In this document: piece by piece, positions 37,208-46,723 of the stretch | How the letters are laid out: every line of letters starts with the position of its first letter | Numbering within the stretch: the stretch's first letter is position 1 | Notes under the pieces: generated by a model | Databases searched by the model: none | What the model saw: only the letters and a program-made list of their open reading frames with translations | What the model was told of the DNA's origin: nothing | Origin: a virus | Taxonomy: Duplodnaviria > Caudoviricetes | Virus record (IMG/VR): IMGVR_UViG_2974513674_000001 | Span: 32,001 to 96,000 of that record | Reading direction: 5' to 3' (one strand) | Length of the DNA: 64,000 bases | Program-made: the position numbers and the translations under genes

Positions 37208-39469
37208 ATGCAGGTCACGAAATCCAACGGCTCCAAGCAAGACTTCGACATCGCCAAGATCATGGCGCATAGCGAATGGGCTTGCCGGGGGCTGAACGTA
37301 TGCCAGAGCGAACTCGACGCCTCTCTTCAGATTCAGTTCTACGAAGGCATGTCCACTAGCGAAATTGCCCAAGCCCAGATTCAAACCGCCAGCTCGCTGA
37401 TCAGCCTGGCCCAGCCGGAGTTCGACAAAGTCACCGCACGCTTTGTCCTTCAGCGCATCTACAAGCAAGTCACCGGCGGCGACATCAAGTACCCTTCCAT
37501 CCGTGCAATGCTGAGCCAGGGCACCCTGTTCCAACAGCTCGACAATCGCCTGCTCGACGGCCGCTTCGACCTGGAAGCCCTCGACGCTGCGATCCAGCCC
37601 GAGCGTGACGACCTGTTCGCCTACCTGGGCATTCAGACCATCGCCGACCGCTACCTGCTGACTCGTCCGCTGACGGCGAACGGCAGCAAAGCGATCTACG
37701 AAATGCCTCAGCACTTCTGGATGCGCGTAGCAATGGGCCTGAGCCTGCTCGAAGCTGACCCAACTGCCAGCGCCATCGAGTTCTACAACGTGTTCAGCCA
37801 GATGGACTACGTGCCATCGACCCCGACGCTGTTCAACTCCGGCACCCGCCACGCTCAGATGTCCTCCTGCTACCTGTCCTACGTGCCGGATGACCTGGAA
37901 CTGATCTTCGACCTGGGCATCACCCAGTCCGCACTGCTGAGCAAGTTCGCCGGCGGCGTCGGTACTGACTGGACCGAAGTTCGTGCGAACAAGTCCGTGA
38001 TCAAGTCGACCAACGGCAAGTCGAACGGCATCGTTCCGTTCCTGAAGATTTACAACCAGACCGCAGTCGCTGTGAACCAGGGCGGCAAGCGCAAGGGCGC
38101 GTTCTCCCCGTACCTCGAAATCTGGCACGACGACTTCACCGACTACTGTGACCTGCGCCTGCAAACCGGTGACGACAACCTGCGTACCCACGACATTCAC
38201 CCCGCCGCATGGGTGCCTGATCTGTTCATGGAACGCAAAGAAGCCGGCGGCATGTGGTCGTTCTTCTGCCCATCGGACGTCCCGGGCCTGCACGATCTGT
38301 ACGGCGACGACTTCAAGAAGGCATACGAAGCAGCAGAGGCAGCCGGCCTGGCTCGTCGTCAGCTCCCAGCAATGGACGTGTGGAAGAACCACCTCGACAA
38401 GCTCGTTCGTACCGGCTACCCCTGGATCACCTTCAAGGACGCCTGCAACCGTCGCAACCCGCAAGCCCACGCCGGTGTGGTTCACAACTCGAACCTCTGC
38501 ACCGAAATCACCTTGATCAACAGCAAGGACGAGACCGCTGTCTGCAACCTGGGCTCTATCGTCCTGGGCAACCACGTCCGCAACGGTCAGATCGACACTG
38601 ACAAGCTGCAACGTACCGTCAAGACCGCCGTGCGCGCTCTGGACAACGTGATCGACCTGAACTTCTACCCAACGCCGGAAACCGAGCGCAGCAACCTGCG
38701 TCACCGTCCAATCGGCCTGGGTGTGATGGGCTACGCCGAAGCCATGCTGCAATGCGGTATCGACTGGGAATCCCAGGATCACCTGCAATGGGCGGACGAG
38801 ACCTTCGAGCAGATCAACTTCTACTCGATCAAGGCTTCGATGGAGCTGGCCAAAGAGCGCGGCGCGTACCCAACCTTCCCGGGTTCCACCTGGAGCCAGG
38901 GCAAGCTGACCATCGACACCGCCAAAGATCAGAAGGTCAACTTCTTCAGCCCGGTAGAGTGGCAACTGCTGCGTGAGGACGTCGTGAAGTACGGCATCCG
39001 TAACAGCAACATCATGGCCATCGCACCGACCGCGACCATCGCCAACATCGTGGGCACCACCGAGTGCATCCAGTTGATCAACGAGCGCGAGCTGACCAAA
39101 GACAACTTGTCCGGCCGCTTCTTGCAGATCAACCCGCTGCACAAGTACAACCGCCCTGAGCTGGTGAAGACCGTATGGGAAGTTGACCAACTGTGGACCA
39201 TCAAGGCGGCAGCCCGTCGTCAGAAGTGGATCTGCCAGTCGCAGTCGCTGAACCTGTACAAGACCAAAGACGTCAAGGGCCGTACTCTCGACCTCTGGTA
39301 CACCACTGCGTGGAAGCTGGACGTGAAGACCACCTACTACCTCCGCAACCAGGGTGCAACTGACGGCGCCGGCCGCATCGAAGACAAGGCTGAAGTGACC
39401 GCCGCCCCGGAAGTTGTAGTGGCCCCAGAGGTGATCACTGAATACTTCCAGTGCGAGGCGTGCCAATGA
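37208..39469 (+). CDS. nrdA: Ribonucleotide reductase class I alpha subunit with ATP cone
   Basis: VTKSNG cone, TPTLFNSG, SSCY, SNLCTEI, CNLGS, APTAT, KTTYY, C-terminal CEAC. Confidence 0.95.
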   Translation: MQVTKSNGSKQDFDIAKIMAHSEWACRGLNVCQSELDASLQIQFYEGMSTSEIAQAQIQTASSLISLAQPEFDKVTARFVLQRIYKQVTGGDIKYPSIRAMLSQGTLFQQLDNRLLDGRFDLEALDAAIQPERDDLFAYLGIQTIADRYLLTRPLTANGSKAIYEMPQHFWMRVAMGLSLLEADPTASAIEFYNVFSQMDYVPSTPTLFNSGTRHAQMSSCYLSYVPDDLELIFDLGITQSALLSKFAGGVGTDWTEVRANKSVIKSTNGKSNGIVPFLKIYNQTAVAVNQGGKRKGAFSPYLEIWHDDFTDYCDLRLQTGDDNLRTHDIHPAAWVPDLFMERKEAGGMWSFFCPSDVPGLHDLYGDDFKKAYEAAEAAGLARRQLPAMDVWKNHLDKLVRTGYPWITFKDACNRRNPQAHAGVVHNSNLCTEITLINSKDETAVCNLGSIVLGNHVRNGQIDTDKLQRTVKTAVRALDNVIDLNFYPTPETERSNLRHRPIGLGVMGYAEAMLQCGIDWESQDHLQWADETFEQINFYSIKASMELAKERGAYPTFPGSTWSQGKLTIDTAKDQKVNFFSPVEWQLLREDVVKYGIRNSNIMAIAPTATIANIVGTTECIQLINERELTKDNLSGRFLQINPLHKYNRPELVKTVWEVDQLWTIKAAARRQKWICQSQSLNLYKTKDVKGRTLDLWYTTAWKLDVKTTYYLRNQGATDGAGRIEDKAEVTAAPEVVVAPEVITEYFQCEACQ

Positions 39470-39521
39470 TCGACGTGCGACCTGACATCTGAACAGGTAG
39501 CAGCTCAGGGACGAGCTGATC

Positions 39522-39563
39522 CCCACGTAACCCCAACAATCGAGCGCTATCATTAGCGCTCGA
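39522..39563 (+). promoter_or_regulatory. Phage promoter, -10 in hairpin
   Basis: CCC-N7-CCC-N13-TATCAT(39548); TCGAGCGCTA/TAGCGCTCGA. Confidence 0.7.
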
Positions 39564-39591
39564 ATCGTTTAAACAGCATGAGACTCAAAGA

Positions 39592-40500
39592 ATGATCAGC
39601 ATGTCCGAGAAACTTGTAGAAATCGAACCGATGTCCGAAGAGCAGTGCTGGGCATCCATCGACCGTGTTGCTGAAGTCATGACCGTACCCGGCATGATGC
39701 AGTCCGAGCTGAAAGCTGATTCAGACCTGGGCAAGCCGTTCACTGATAACGCCAAGCAAATCCTGCACATCATCGTGGATCACTTCGACGCCGGTGAATC
39801 GCCGGATGACGACAAGCTGATCGACGGCTTGAACGACCTGTTCATCCAGAACCAGGCGCTGCAAACCAAGTACACCATCAAGCTGCTGACCCAGGCGTCG
39901 ATTGCGATGCAGCAATTGCCGCTCGCTGCGATGATCACCAGCATTCAAGACGTCGAATCGAAGGACGGCCTGACCCAAGAAGGTCTGGAAGAACTGAAGG
40001 CGATGGAAACCGAAGACAAGAAGTCCGGCATGGCCAGGATCGAACCTCGTCTGATGAAGATCATGGGCCTGGGTATCGACGCAGCCGGCGGTCAGCTTGA
40101 GTTCGCACGCCTTCAGAAGATCGTCAGCGACAAGATGCCGGAGCACTTCAAGGCCAGCCCTGAAATCGCCTTCACCTCGCAGATGATCGGCGCAATCATG
40201 ACCGCTGTCACCGCCCGCGCCGAGTCTCGCGAGTTCACCTTGTCGCAGATTCGTGCGACCATCGAAATGGTGATCGGCGCCAAGCAGGCTCTGACACTGG
40301 CCAACATGACTGCGTACCACATGGGGTCGAAGGAAGTGGTCGGCATCCTGGTTCGCAGCGCAGAGCACCACATCAATATCTCTGTGGATGAAACTGTCGT
40401 TGAAGTGCCTGAGAAGCAGAAGGTTGAGATTGAAGCGACCCACGTTGCCGATCACAAGCCTACTTCGACCCACGTTGCCGGCAACCGGACTGTCAACTGA
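39592..40500 (+). CDS. Hypothetical helical protein
   Basis: Long ORF with phage codon usage; start may be 39601. Confidence 0.65.
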   Translation: MISMSEKLVEIEPMSEEQCWASIDRVAEVMTVPGMMQSELKADSDLGKPFTDNAKQILHIIVDHFDAGESPDDDKLIDGLNDLFIQNQALQTKYTIKLLTQASIAMQQLPLAAMITSIQDVESKDGLTQEGLEELKAMETEDKKSGMARIEPRLMKIMGLGIDAAGGQLEFARLQKIVSDKMPEHFKASPEIAFTSQMIGAIMTAVTARAESREFTLSQIRATIEMVIGAKQALTLANMTAYHMGSKEVVGILVRSAEHHINISVDETVVEVPEKQKVEIEATHVADHKPTSTHVAGNRTVN

Positions 40501-40865
40501 TGAACGCCAAGCAGCGACGTATCGCTGATAAGGTTCGTCAGCGCGCCTCACTTGACGCTGACGCGAAAGTCCGCGAGCTGGAAGAGAAGCGCCGGCTGTT
40601 CGTAGAGGAATGCAGGGCTCAGACTGCTCAGATCGAAGCGAGCCGTCAGCGCCTTGTTCGTGATCAAGAAGAGAACAAGGAAAGCGCGGTACGCTTCCAG
40701 GCTGAAATGGAAGAGGCTCGACTGAACTTCGTTCGCCAGTCCATAAGCCTCAAAGATGCGAACGTGGTACGGGAAGTGCTCCTGCTGCTTGAGCTGGATG
40801 AAGACCCGGCTGCAATCGCCCTGAAAATCCGCCAGCAGTTTGGCTTACTGATCCCGGAGTGGTGA
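40500..40865 (+). CDS. Coiled-coil protein, paralog A
   Basis: Ends EVLLLLELDEDPAAIALKIRQ...W. Confidence 0.6.
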   Translation: MNAKQRRIADKVRQRASLDADAKVRELEEKRRLFVEECRAQTAQIEASRQRLVRDQEENKESAVRFQAEMEEARLNFVRQSISLKDANVVREVLLLLELDEDPAAIALKIRQQFGLLIPEW

Positions 40866-40868
40866 CAG

Positions 40869-41264
40869 ATGGCCTCAATCGACTTTACGACGGTTGAGCA
40901 GTACGAAGAGGCTCGCGAGCAAATCGAGGCTCTTCTGCTGGAGAACCACAGAACCATGAAGCGTGCCGAGCATCTGACGAGCGAGCTGGAGCAGAAAGCA
41001 GGCGACCTCAAGGAGTGGCAAGATGCTCTGGACAAGGAGCAAGATCACTTCTCCATCGAGAAGGAGCGGTTCGAGGCCGATCAACACAAGGTTCTTGAGC
41101 TTCAGATGGTGATTCAAAGAGCCGTTGAGCGTGTGAACGCTGCGAACCAAGACCCGATTGAGGTCATCAACGAGGCACTTCTGCTGCTGGAGCTTGACGA
41201 GAGCCCGGAAGAGATTGCCAAACTGCTTCGCGAGAAGCGTGAAGCCCTAGACGTCAAATGGTGA
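40869..41264 (+). CDS. Coiled-coil protein, paralog B
   Basis: Ends EALLLLELDESPEEIAKLLRE...W. Confidence 0.6.
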   Translation: MASIDFTTVEQYEEAREQIEALLLENHRTMKRAEHLTSELEQKAGDLKEWQDALDKEQDHFSIEKERFEADQHKVLELQMVIQRAVERVNAANQDPIEVINEALLLLELDESPEEIAKLLREKREALDVKW

Positions 41265-41267
41265 ATC

Positions 41268-41834
41268 ATGAGAATTGAAGCCCCGCATCAAAAACTGACC
41301 CTGCAAAGCAGCGACCCGTCCAGCGACGGGCGCCTTGAGGTCTACTACGACAATCGCGGTGAACCCTATCGCCAGGGCATCAGCCTGAGCCTCGAACGCC
41401 GCGACCTCGATGTCTCGGCCAACGTGTTCCTGGAAACCTGGGAATCGCGTGCGCTGCGTGACCTGCTGCTGAAACTGTATCCACTTCAGATGCCACCTGT
41501 AGCGCCGGACGGTCTGCTGACCACCGTAGCCGACAAGATCGCCGCTGGTGAGGTCGTAGACGCCACTGAGAGCGCCGGAGAGACTGCGCAGTACATTCGT
41601 GACCTCGTCAGCGCATCGTCGCTCCAGGACGCTTACACGGGCTCCCAGGAAGAGAAGCAGGAATGGAAGAAGCGTGCGCTCGAAGCTGAAGCCGAACTGC
41701 GCGATCTGCCGACGATTGAAATGGTACTTTTGCAGGCGCAACGCTATGCTAAGGCCACAACCGACGAAGAGCGCACCCATGAGCTGGGTGACCTTCGCAA
41801 CATGATCATCCATCTTCCAAGCGACTCGAAATAA
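41268..41834 (+). CDS. Hypothetical protein
   Basis: ORF in operon. Confidence 0.6.
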   Translation: MRIEAPHQKLTLQSSDPSSDGRLEVYYDNRGEPYRQGISLSLERRDLDVSANVFLETWESRALRDLLLKLYPLQMPPVAPDGLLTTVADKIAAGEVVDATESAGETAQYIRDLVSASSLQDAYTGSQEEKQEWKKRALEAEAELRDLPTIEMVLLQAQRYAKATTDEERTHELGDLRNMIIHLPSDSK

Positions 41835-41845
41835 AGGTTCATTCC

Positions 41846-42862
41846 ATGTCCGTTATCATTACCCCGCAAGAGCGGGCGCTGAAAGTCATCAACAACCGCC
41901 GCGTCATCCTGGGCGAAATGGACGAGCTGATGGCTCCGTCCCCGAAGAAATACTCCCTCCCTCTCGAAATCATGGAGAAGGGCCTGCGCGACGACTGGAA
42001 ACACTGGCACGTCAACCTCGTCGACGACCTGGCTCACTTCCGTGAGTTCGACAAGAAGACCCAGCGCTCTGTTCAGATGAACCTGGGCTTCCTGTCCAAC
42101 CTCGACGGCATCCAGCTCGGCACCCTCGCTAACAACATCCAGGCGCACATCACCTGCCCGGAATACCGGATGGCGATCACTCGTCAGGCGATGGAAGAGC
42201 TGACCCACGTTCTGACCTACGACCGCATGATCACCAGCCTCGATATGGACCCTATCGAGACCTACAACCTGTTCATGACGGACGAAGTCCTCGAAATCAA
42301 GAACAAGCACATCATCAAGATGGCCAACCTGTTGGGCAACGACTTCACCGGCGAGAACTTCGTCCGTGCAATCGTCGCCAACCAGGCGCTCGAAGGCGTC
42401 TACTTCCAGATCGGCTTCAAGCGGTTCTACATCCTTCACAAGCGCGGGAAGATGGGTGGCTGCGCCCAGAACATCCGCTACATCCAACGGGACGAAGCGA
42501 GCCACCTTCGCCTGTTCAACGCAATGTGGCATGACGTCCGTCGTGAGAACCCGGAGTTGTTCACCCCTGAAGTCCTGAAGGACTGCGGTGAGATTCTCCG
42601 CGTGGCTGGTGAAATGGAAATGACCTGGAACCGCCATGTGAACCAGGGCGGTCAGTTGGGCATCACCGACGAAATCAGTGACGGCAGCATCATGTTTGGC
42701 ACCAACGGCGTTGCCCGAGCAGTGGGCCTCCCAACGCCATTCCCTCATGTGACCAAAGACCCTCTCGCCTGGACCGACGCCTACCTCAATGAGCACGGCA
42801 TCGAAACCAACTTCTTCGAGCAACGTGTGGTTGAATACGAAGACAAGGGCCTTGAGTGGTAA
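41846..42862 (+). CDS. nrdB: Ribonucleotide reductase class I beta subunit
   Basis: D..., EELTH...Y, EGVYF, RDEASH, NFFE. Confidence 0.92.
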   Translation: MSVIITPQERALKVINNRRVILGEMDELMAPSPKKYSLPLEIMEKGLRDDWKHWHVNLVDDLAHFREFDKKTQRSVQMNLGFLSNLDGIQLGTLANNIQAHITCPEYRMAITRQAMEELTHVLTYDRMITSLDMDPIETYNLFMTDEVLEIKNKHIIKMANLLGNDFTGENFVRAIVANQALEGVYFQIGFKRFYILHKRGKMGGCAQNIRYIQRDEASHLRLFNAMWHDVRRENPELFTPEVLKDCGEILRVAGEMEMTWNRHVNQGGQLGITDEISDGSIMFGTNGVARAVGLPTPFPHVTKDPLAWTDAYLNEHGIETNFFEQRVVEYEDKGLEW

Positions 42863-42878
42863 CGTAAAGCGATGAAGG

Positions 42879-42909
42879 AGCCCGGGTCAGCAATGATTCC
42901 GGGCTTTGT
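42879..42909 (+). terminator. Probable terminator
   Basis: AGCCCGG...CCGGGCT followed by TTGTT. Confidence 0.55.
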
Positions 42910-42939
42910 TGTGTACGACCTACTTAAATCCAAGAGGAT

Positions 42940-43089
42940 ATGCAAATGTTCAACTGGCACAGCCACACCCTGGATGCAATCAACATGGCAGTGATTTTGG
43001 TGACCGCCCTGTTGGTCATCAAAGATGTCCGCTTGTTGAGTCGCCGTTGTCACCGCAAGACCTTCGCCGGCTGTGTGAGAGGTTCGTAA
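42940..43089 (+). CDS. Small membrane peptide (49 aa, not in the ORF track)
   Basis: AAGAGG SD; MQMFNWHSHTLDAINMAVILVTALLVIKDVRLLSRRCHRKTFAGCVRGS. Confidence 0.45.
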   Translation: MQMFNWHSHTLDAINMAVILVTALLVIKDVRLLSRRCHRKTFAGCVRGS

Positions 43090-43138
43090 AATCGCGGCGA
43101 AAAATTAGACGATTTTTGCCACGTACCTTACACAAAGC

Positions 43139-43199
43139 CCCATCAAGTCCCTCGTTCTGTGTGACATAGTGATCATGACTATTGAACGCAGAACGAGGG
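43139..43199 (+). promoter_or_regulatory. Phage promoter within a long hairpin
   Basis: CCC-N7-CCC-N13-CATAGT(43165); CCCTCGTTCTG...CAGAACGAGGG stem covers the SD. Confidence 0.6.
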
Positions 43200-43206
43200 A
43201 TTTTTC

Positions 43207-43512
43207 ATGCGAGCGAATATGAGAGCGATACAGACGTCCTCCGCGTTAGTTGTGCTCATTGCTGCAAGTGTTCTAGTTGTCGTCGCTGCACACGCTACAG
43301 AGCGTCACAGCGACACGCACAGCGAGCACAGACATAGCAGACACGAAACGCGACACATACACGCAGAACGCGAGCGCTACGAGCACCCGCCGCTGCACAG
43401 CGAAGGCACTCGGGAAGATGCCGACGCCTATCCCTCGTTCGATGATCCGGCTGACTACCGTGAAACCAATCGCTACAACCCATACTCCGATGAAACCTAC
43501 GACGAAGAGTGA
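43207..43512 (+). CDS. Signal-peptide/TM, His-rich hypothetical protein
   Basis: Hydrophobic N-terminus, H/R/E-rich middle; overlaps a CC/GG-free island. Confidence 0.45.
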   Translation: MRANMRAIQTSSALVVLIAASVLVVVAAHATERHSDTHSEHRHSRHETRHIHAERERYEHPPLHSEGTREDADAYPSFDDPADYRETNRYNPYSDETYDEE

Positions 43513-43515
43513 CCA

Positions 43516-44493
43516 ATGAACCAACACGACAGCTTGTACCTTCAAACTTGCCAGGGCCTTCTGGAATACGGGCGCCCGAGCAGTGACCGCACTGGCACCG
43601 GCACGACGAAAGCGCCGGGTCTGAACATGCGGTTCTTCATGCAGGACGGCTTCCCTCTGCTGACCAGCAAATTCACCGGGATGCGTCTGATCGAGCTGGA
43701 ACTGCGCGCATTCCTGAACGGCATCACCGACAACAACTTCCTGAGCAGCCAGAACGTCCACATCTGGGATGCGTTCGCCAACGAGAAGGGCGAGCTGGGT
43801 CCGATCTATGGCGCAATGTGGCGCAACTGGCCTGTCATGTGTCAGAGCGGCGAAAGCTATGAGGTCGATCAGATCGCCGAGCTGATGAAAGGCTTGCGTG
43901 AGAAGCCAATGAGCCGTCGTCACATCGTCACTGGCTGGAACCCGGCTCTTCTGCCTGTCGAGGGGCGCAGTCACGCTGAAAACGTCAACGCCGGCCTCCA
44001 GGCGCTGCCACCGTGTCACACCATGTGGCAGGTCCACTGCCATGAACTGACAGTGGAAGAGCGGGAAGAGCAGCACAAGCTCCGCAACGGCAGCGTTTTG
44101 CTGGGCAGCAAGACCGAGAGCTTCCGGCACCAGGTTCTGGATCGCCTCGAAGTGCCTAAGTACGGTGTCAGCCTGCAACTGTTCCAGCGCAGCGCCGATA
44201 TGTTCCTGGGCGTGCCGTTCAACATCGCGTCGTACAGCCTGCTGTTGCACTACATCGCCCACAGCCTGAACATGGTGCCGCACAGCTTCATCTGGAACGG
44301 CGGCGACTGCCACATCTACAACAACCACGTCGAGCAGATGAACCTTCAGATCAGCCGTGAGAAGGATGCGCCGCCGAGCCCGCAAATCCGCTTCAAGTGC
44401 GCACCCAAAGACATCTGGGACTACACGGCAGACGACTTTGAAATCGTCGGCTACGAACACATGGGCAAAATCCAGGGGGATGTGGCTGTATGA
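43516..44493 (+). CDS. thyA: Thymidylate synthase
   Basis: DRTGTGT, LGPIYG, SRR, ALPPCH, QRSADMFLGVPFN, GDCHIY. Confidence 0.96.
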   Translation: MNQHDSLYLQTCQGLLEYGRPSSDRTGTGTTKAPGLNMRFFMQDGFPLLTSKFTGMRLIELELRAFLNGITDNNFLSSQNVHIWDAFANEKGELGPIYGAMWRNWPVMCQSGESYEVDQIAELMKGLREKPMSRRHIVTGWNPALLPVEGRSHAENVNAGLQALPPCHTMWQVHCHELTVEEREEQHKLRNGSVLLGSKTESFRHQVLDRLEVPKYGVSLQLFQRSADMFLGVPFNIASYSLLLHYIAHSLNMVPHSFIWNGGDCHIYNNHVEQMNLQISREKDAPPSPQIRFKCAPKDIWDYTADDFEIVGYEHMGKIQGDVAV

Positions 44494-45332
44494 GCATTCG
44501 CAAGCGGCAAATCGCAATCTCGTTGAACCACAACGGCGTCATTGGCGTAGACGACAAGCTCCTGTTCTCCGCGCCCGCTGACCTGTCCAAGTTCGCCAAG
44601 TTCACCGACGGCACGTCGATCATCGCCGGCCGCGTCACCGCCCAGCAGATGGTCAACTGCGGTATGCGGATCAAGAACCGGCGCCCTCTGATCGTCATCA
44701 CCGAGACGGGTATCATCGAAGGCACCTGTGATCAGGACGACAAGTGGATCTACTACGTCAAAAACCTGCAAGATGCGCTGATCCAAGCAGAAGTGCTGTG
44801 CCTGGACCTGAGACTGAACGGCTACACCGTCGCCGGCGGCAAGCGGGTATACGACGACTACCTGAATCTGGTCGACTCGGGGAAAGTGCGCCCCAACGCT
44901 GCGTACCTGTTCTCGCACAAAATGGACCCGATGGTCCCGGCAGTGGCCCTGAGCCGTGACTTTGCGCAGGTGAGAAAGCTGCTCGAAGTCCGCATGGCGC
45001 AGCCAAGATACGTGTGGCACGAAGCAGACGTGGTCGGCACAGACTTCAACGGCAAGCGGGTGCGCGCAATCGAGGGCAATTTCGGCTACCTCTACGACAA
45101 CCGTGAGGTCGATCCGTATGAAGTGAAGATGGTCGAAAGCCATGCCCGAGTAGAAACCGACGGTGGCGAGGTCAGCATCGACCTCTTCAGAATCACTGGC
45201 TGGGCTCGCAAAACGGAAATCAAGTCTGTCGAGATTCACACTCTCGGCGGGAAGACAATTACCGTGCGTCCACGCAGTGCTGCCGGGTTGAATTCCCTAC
45301 TTTTCGCGCTCAACATGACAGCGTTCGCTTAA
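44490..45332 (+). CDS. Divergent dihydrofolate reductase with C-terminal extension
   Basis: NGVIG..., DLSKF...T, IIAGRVT, NR..IVIT, VAGG..VY; follows thyA. Confidence 0.7.
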   Translation: MSIRKRQIAISLNHNGVIGVDDKLLFSAPADLSKFAKFTDGTSIIAGRVTAQQMVNCGMRIKNRRPLIVITETGIIEGTCDQDDKWIYYVKNLQDALIQAEVLCLDLRLNGYTVAGGKRVYDDYLNLVDSGKVRPNAAYLFSHKMDPMVPAVALSRDFAQVRKLLEVRMAQPRYVWHEADVVGTDFNGKRVRAIEGNFGYLYDNREVDPYEVKMVESHARVETDGGEVSIDLFRITGWARKTEIKSVEIHTLGGKTITVRPRSAAGLNSLLFALNMTAFA

Positions 45333-45378
45333 TCAATAGCCCGGTGTAACAGCCGGGCATCACCCTGAAGGAAAAACC

Positions 45379-46035
45379 ATGAAGCCTCAATTCATCATCG
45401 GCGTTAAGACCAAGACCATTCGCGAAGACATTGGTCTGAAAAACGGCTTGAGCCCGGTAGACATCCAGCAGATCGTCCACCTGGTACAGCCTGGCGTCGT
45501 GATTGGCCAGCGTGACGCTCTCGAAAGCGACGAAAGCGTATTGCAGATCATCCCGGGCCTGGTTCTGTCGCAGTTCGATTCGTCCGCGGGCGTCATGAAG
45601 TACGTTCCCTTTCGGCGCACCAAGCTGGTAGGTGAAAGCCGTCTTGCAGGTGCTGTCAGCGTCATGTTCGGGGGTCACATTGACCTGGCCGACGTGATCC
45701 ATCACGAAAGCGTGATCAACCTGGTTCCAACTATCGGCCAAGCCATCGGCCGTGAAGTTCAGGAAGAGGTCGTCTTCTCTGGCATGGCCGGCGCAGACCT
45801 GAGCATGTTCTCTGTGGGCGTGCTGCTCGACGACAGCGACAGCGTTGGTCGCGTCCACATGGGCGTCATCATGAATGCCCAGCTCCCAGAAGGCGCGACC
45901 GCAATGTGTGCTGAAGCAGAACTGGAGTCGATGGCTCCGATGTCCGCCCGCGAGCTGCTTGATTCCGGCCTGCCGCTGGAAAACTGGACCCGCATCATTC
46001 TGGAATTCATGCACGAAGTGGAGAACATGGCATGA
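45379..46035 (+). CDS. Nudix-fold phosphoesterase (COG4112/YmaB-like)
   Basis: E.D....QIIP, GESRL, FGGHID, REVQEE, VGRVHMG, LENW. Confidence 0.75.
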   Translation: MKPQFIIGVKTKTIREDIGLKNGLSPVDIQQIVHLVQPGVVIGQRDALESDESVLQIIPGLVLSQFDSSAGVMKYVPFRRTKLVGESRLAGAVSVMFGGHIDLADVIHHESVINLVPTIGQAIGREVQEEVVFSGMAGADLSMFSVGVLLDDSDSVGRVHMGVIMNAQLPEGATAMCAEAELESMAPMSARELLDSGLPLENWTRIILEFMHEVENMA

Positions 46036-46640
46036 AGTTCTTGGGACTGGCCGGTACTCACGGCAGCGGCAAGACCTCCCTGTGCGAAGCCTACGTGGCC
46101 AAGAACCCAGGCAGCTCGTTCATCAAGACCGGCATCAGCGACATCTACAAGGCGCTGAACCTGGACCCGAAAGTGCGCATGACCCTGGAGCAGCGCATGG
46201 AAGTCCAGGAGAAGGTGCTGAACGTCCTGTGCGATCAGTGGGAGCAGGGCCTGCTTGCTCACAAGGGTGACGGCAACTGCATCAGCGACCGGACTCCTTA
46301 CGACCTGATCGCCTACACCCTGGCTGAAGTCAGTGGTTACGACGACATCAGCGACGAACTGAGTACCCGGATCGTCAGCTACATCACCTTGTGCCGCCTG
46401 GCTGCCCAGGCTTTCGACGGATTCGTTCATGTTCCAATCGCTCTACCGATGGTTGCTGATCCCACTGGCAAAGTTCGTGCTGCAAGTAGTCTTGCTTATC
46501 GGGTTCACCTCGACATGCTTATGACCAAAGCAATCGAGGACGGGGGTCACACCCCATATCGCATTCACGGTATCGACATGGCTGAGCGCGTGAAGTCGGT
46601 CGAGCGGATTTTCGAGGGTGTCGAGTCGATCCCCATCTGA
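46032..46640 (+). CDS. P-loop nucleotide (dNMP-like) kinase
   Basis: GTHGSGKT, ISDRTPYD. Confidence 0.7.
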   Translation: MKFLGLAGTHGSGKTSLCEAYVAKNPGSSFIKTGISDIYKALNLDPKVRMTLEQRMEVQEKVLNVLCDQWEQGLLAHKGDGNCISDRTPYDLIAYTLAEVSGYDDISDELSTRIVSYITLCRLAAQAFDGFVHVPIALPMVADPTGKVRAASSLAYRVHLDMLMTKAIEDGGHTPYRIHGIDMAERVKSVERIFEGVESIPI

Positions 46641-46668
46641 TAGCCGTCTAAGCCCAGAGTAAAACTGA

Positions 46669-46701
46669 CAGACTGTCTCTTAACAGAGCAGTCTGTTTTT
46701 T
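46669..46701 (+). terminator. Probable terminator
   Basis: CAGACTG..CTCT/AGAG-CAGTCTG followed by T tract. Confidence 0.6.
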
Positions 46702-46723
46702 ATTGTCAAGAGAAAAGTGGGAA

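Noticed and set aside
10268-42862. Inteins or group I introns in dnaB, dnaE, recA, nrdA, nrdB
   Set aside because: The ORFs are continuous with normal motif spacing and no intein splice motifs.
41846-42862. Metal-free or class Ic variant of NrdB
   Set aside because: The carboxylate/His ligands and the radical Tyr appear conserved.
43516-44493. ThyA as a dCMP hydroxymethylase making modified bases
   Set aside because: It retains the canonical QRSAD-x4-VPFN with Asn and sits next to a DHFR, so it looks like an ordinary dTMP synthase.
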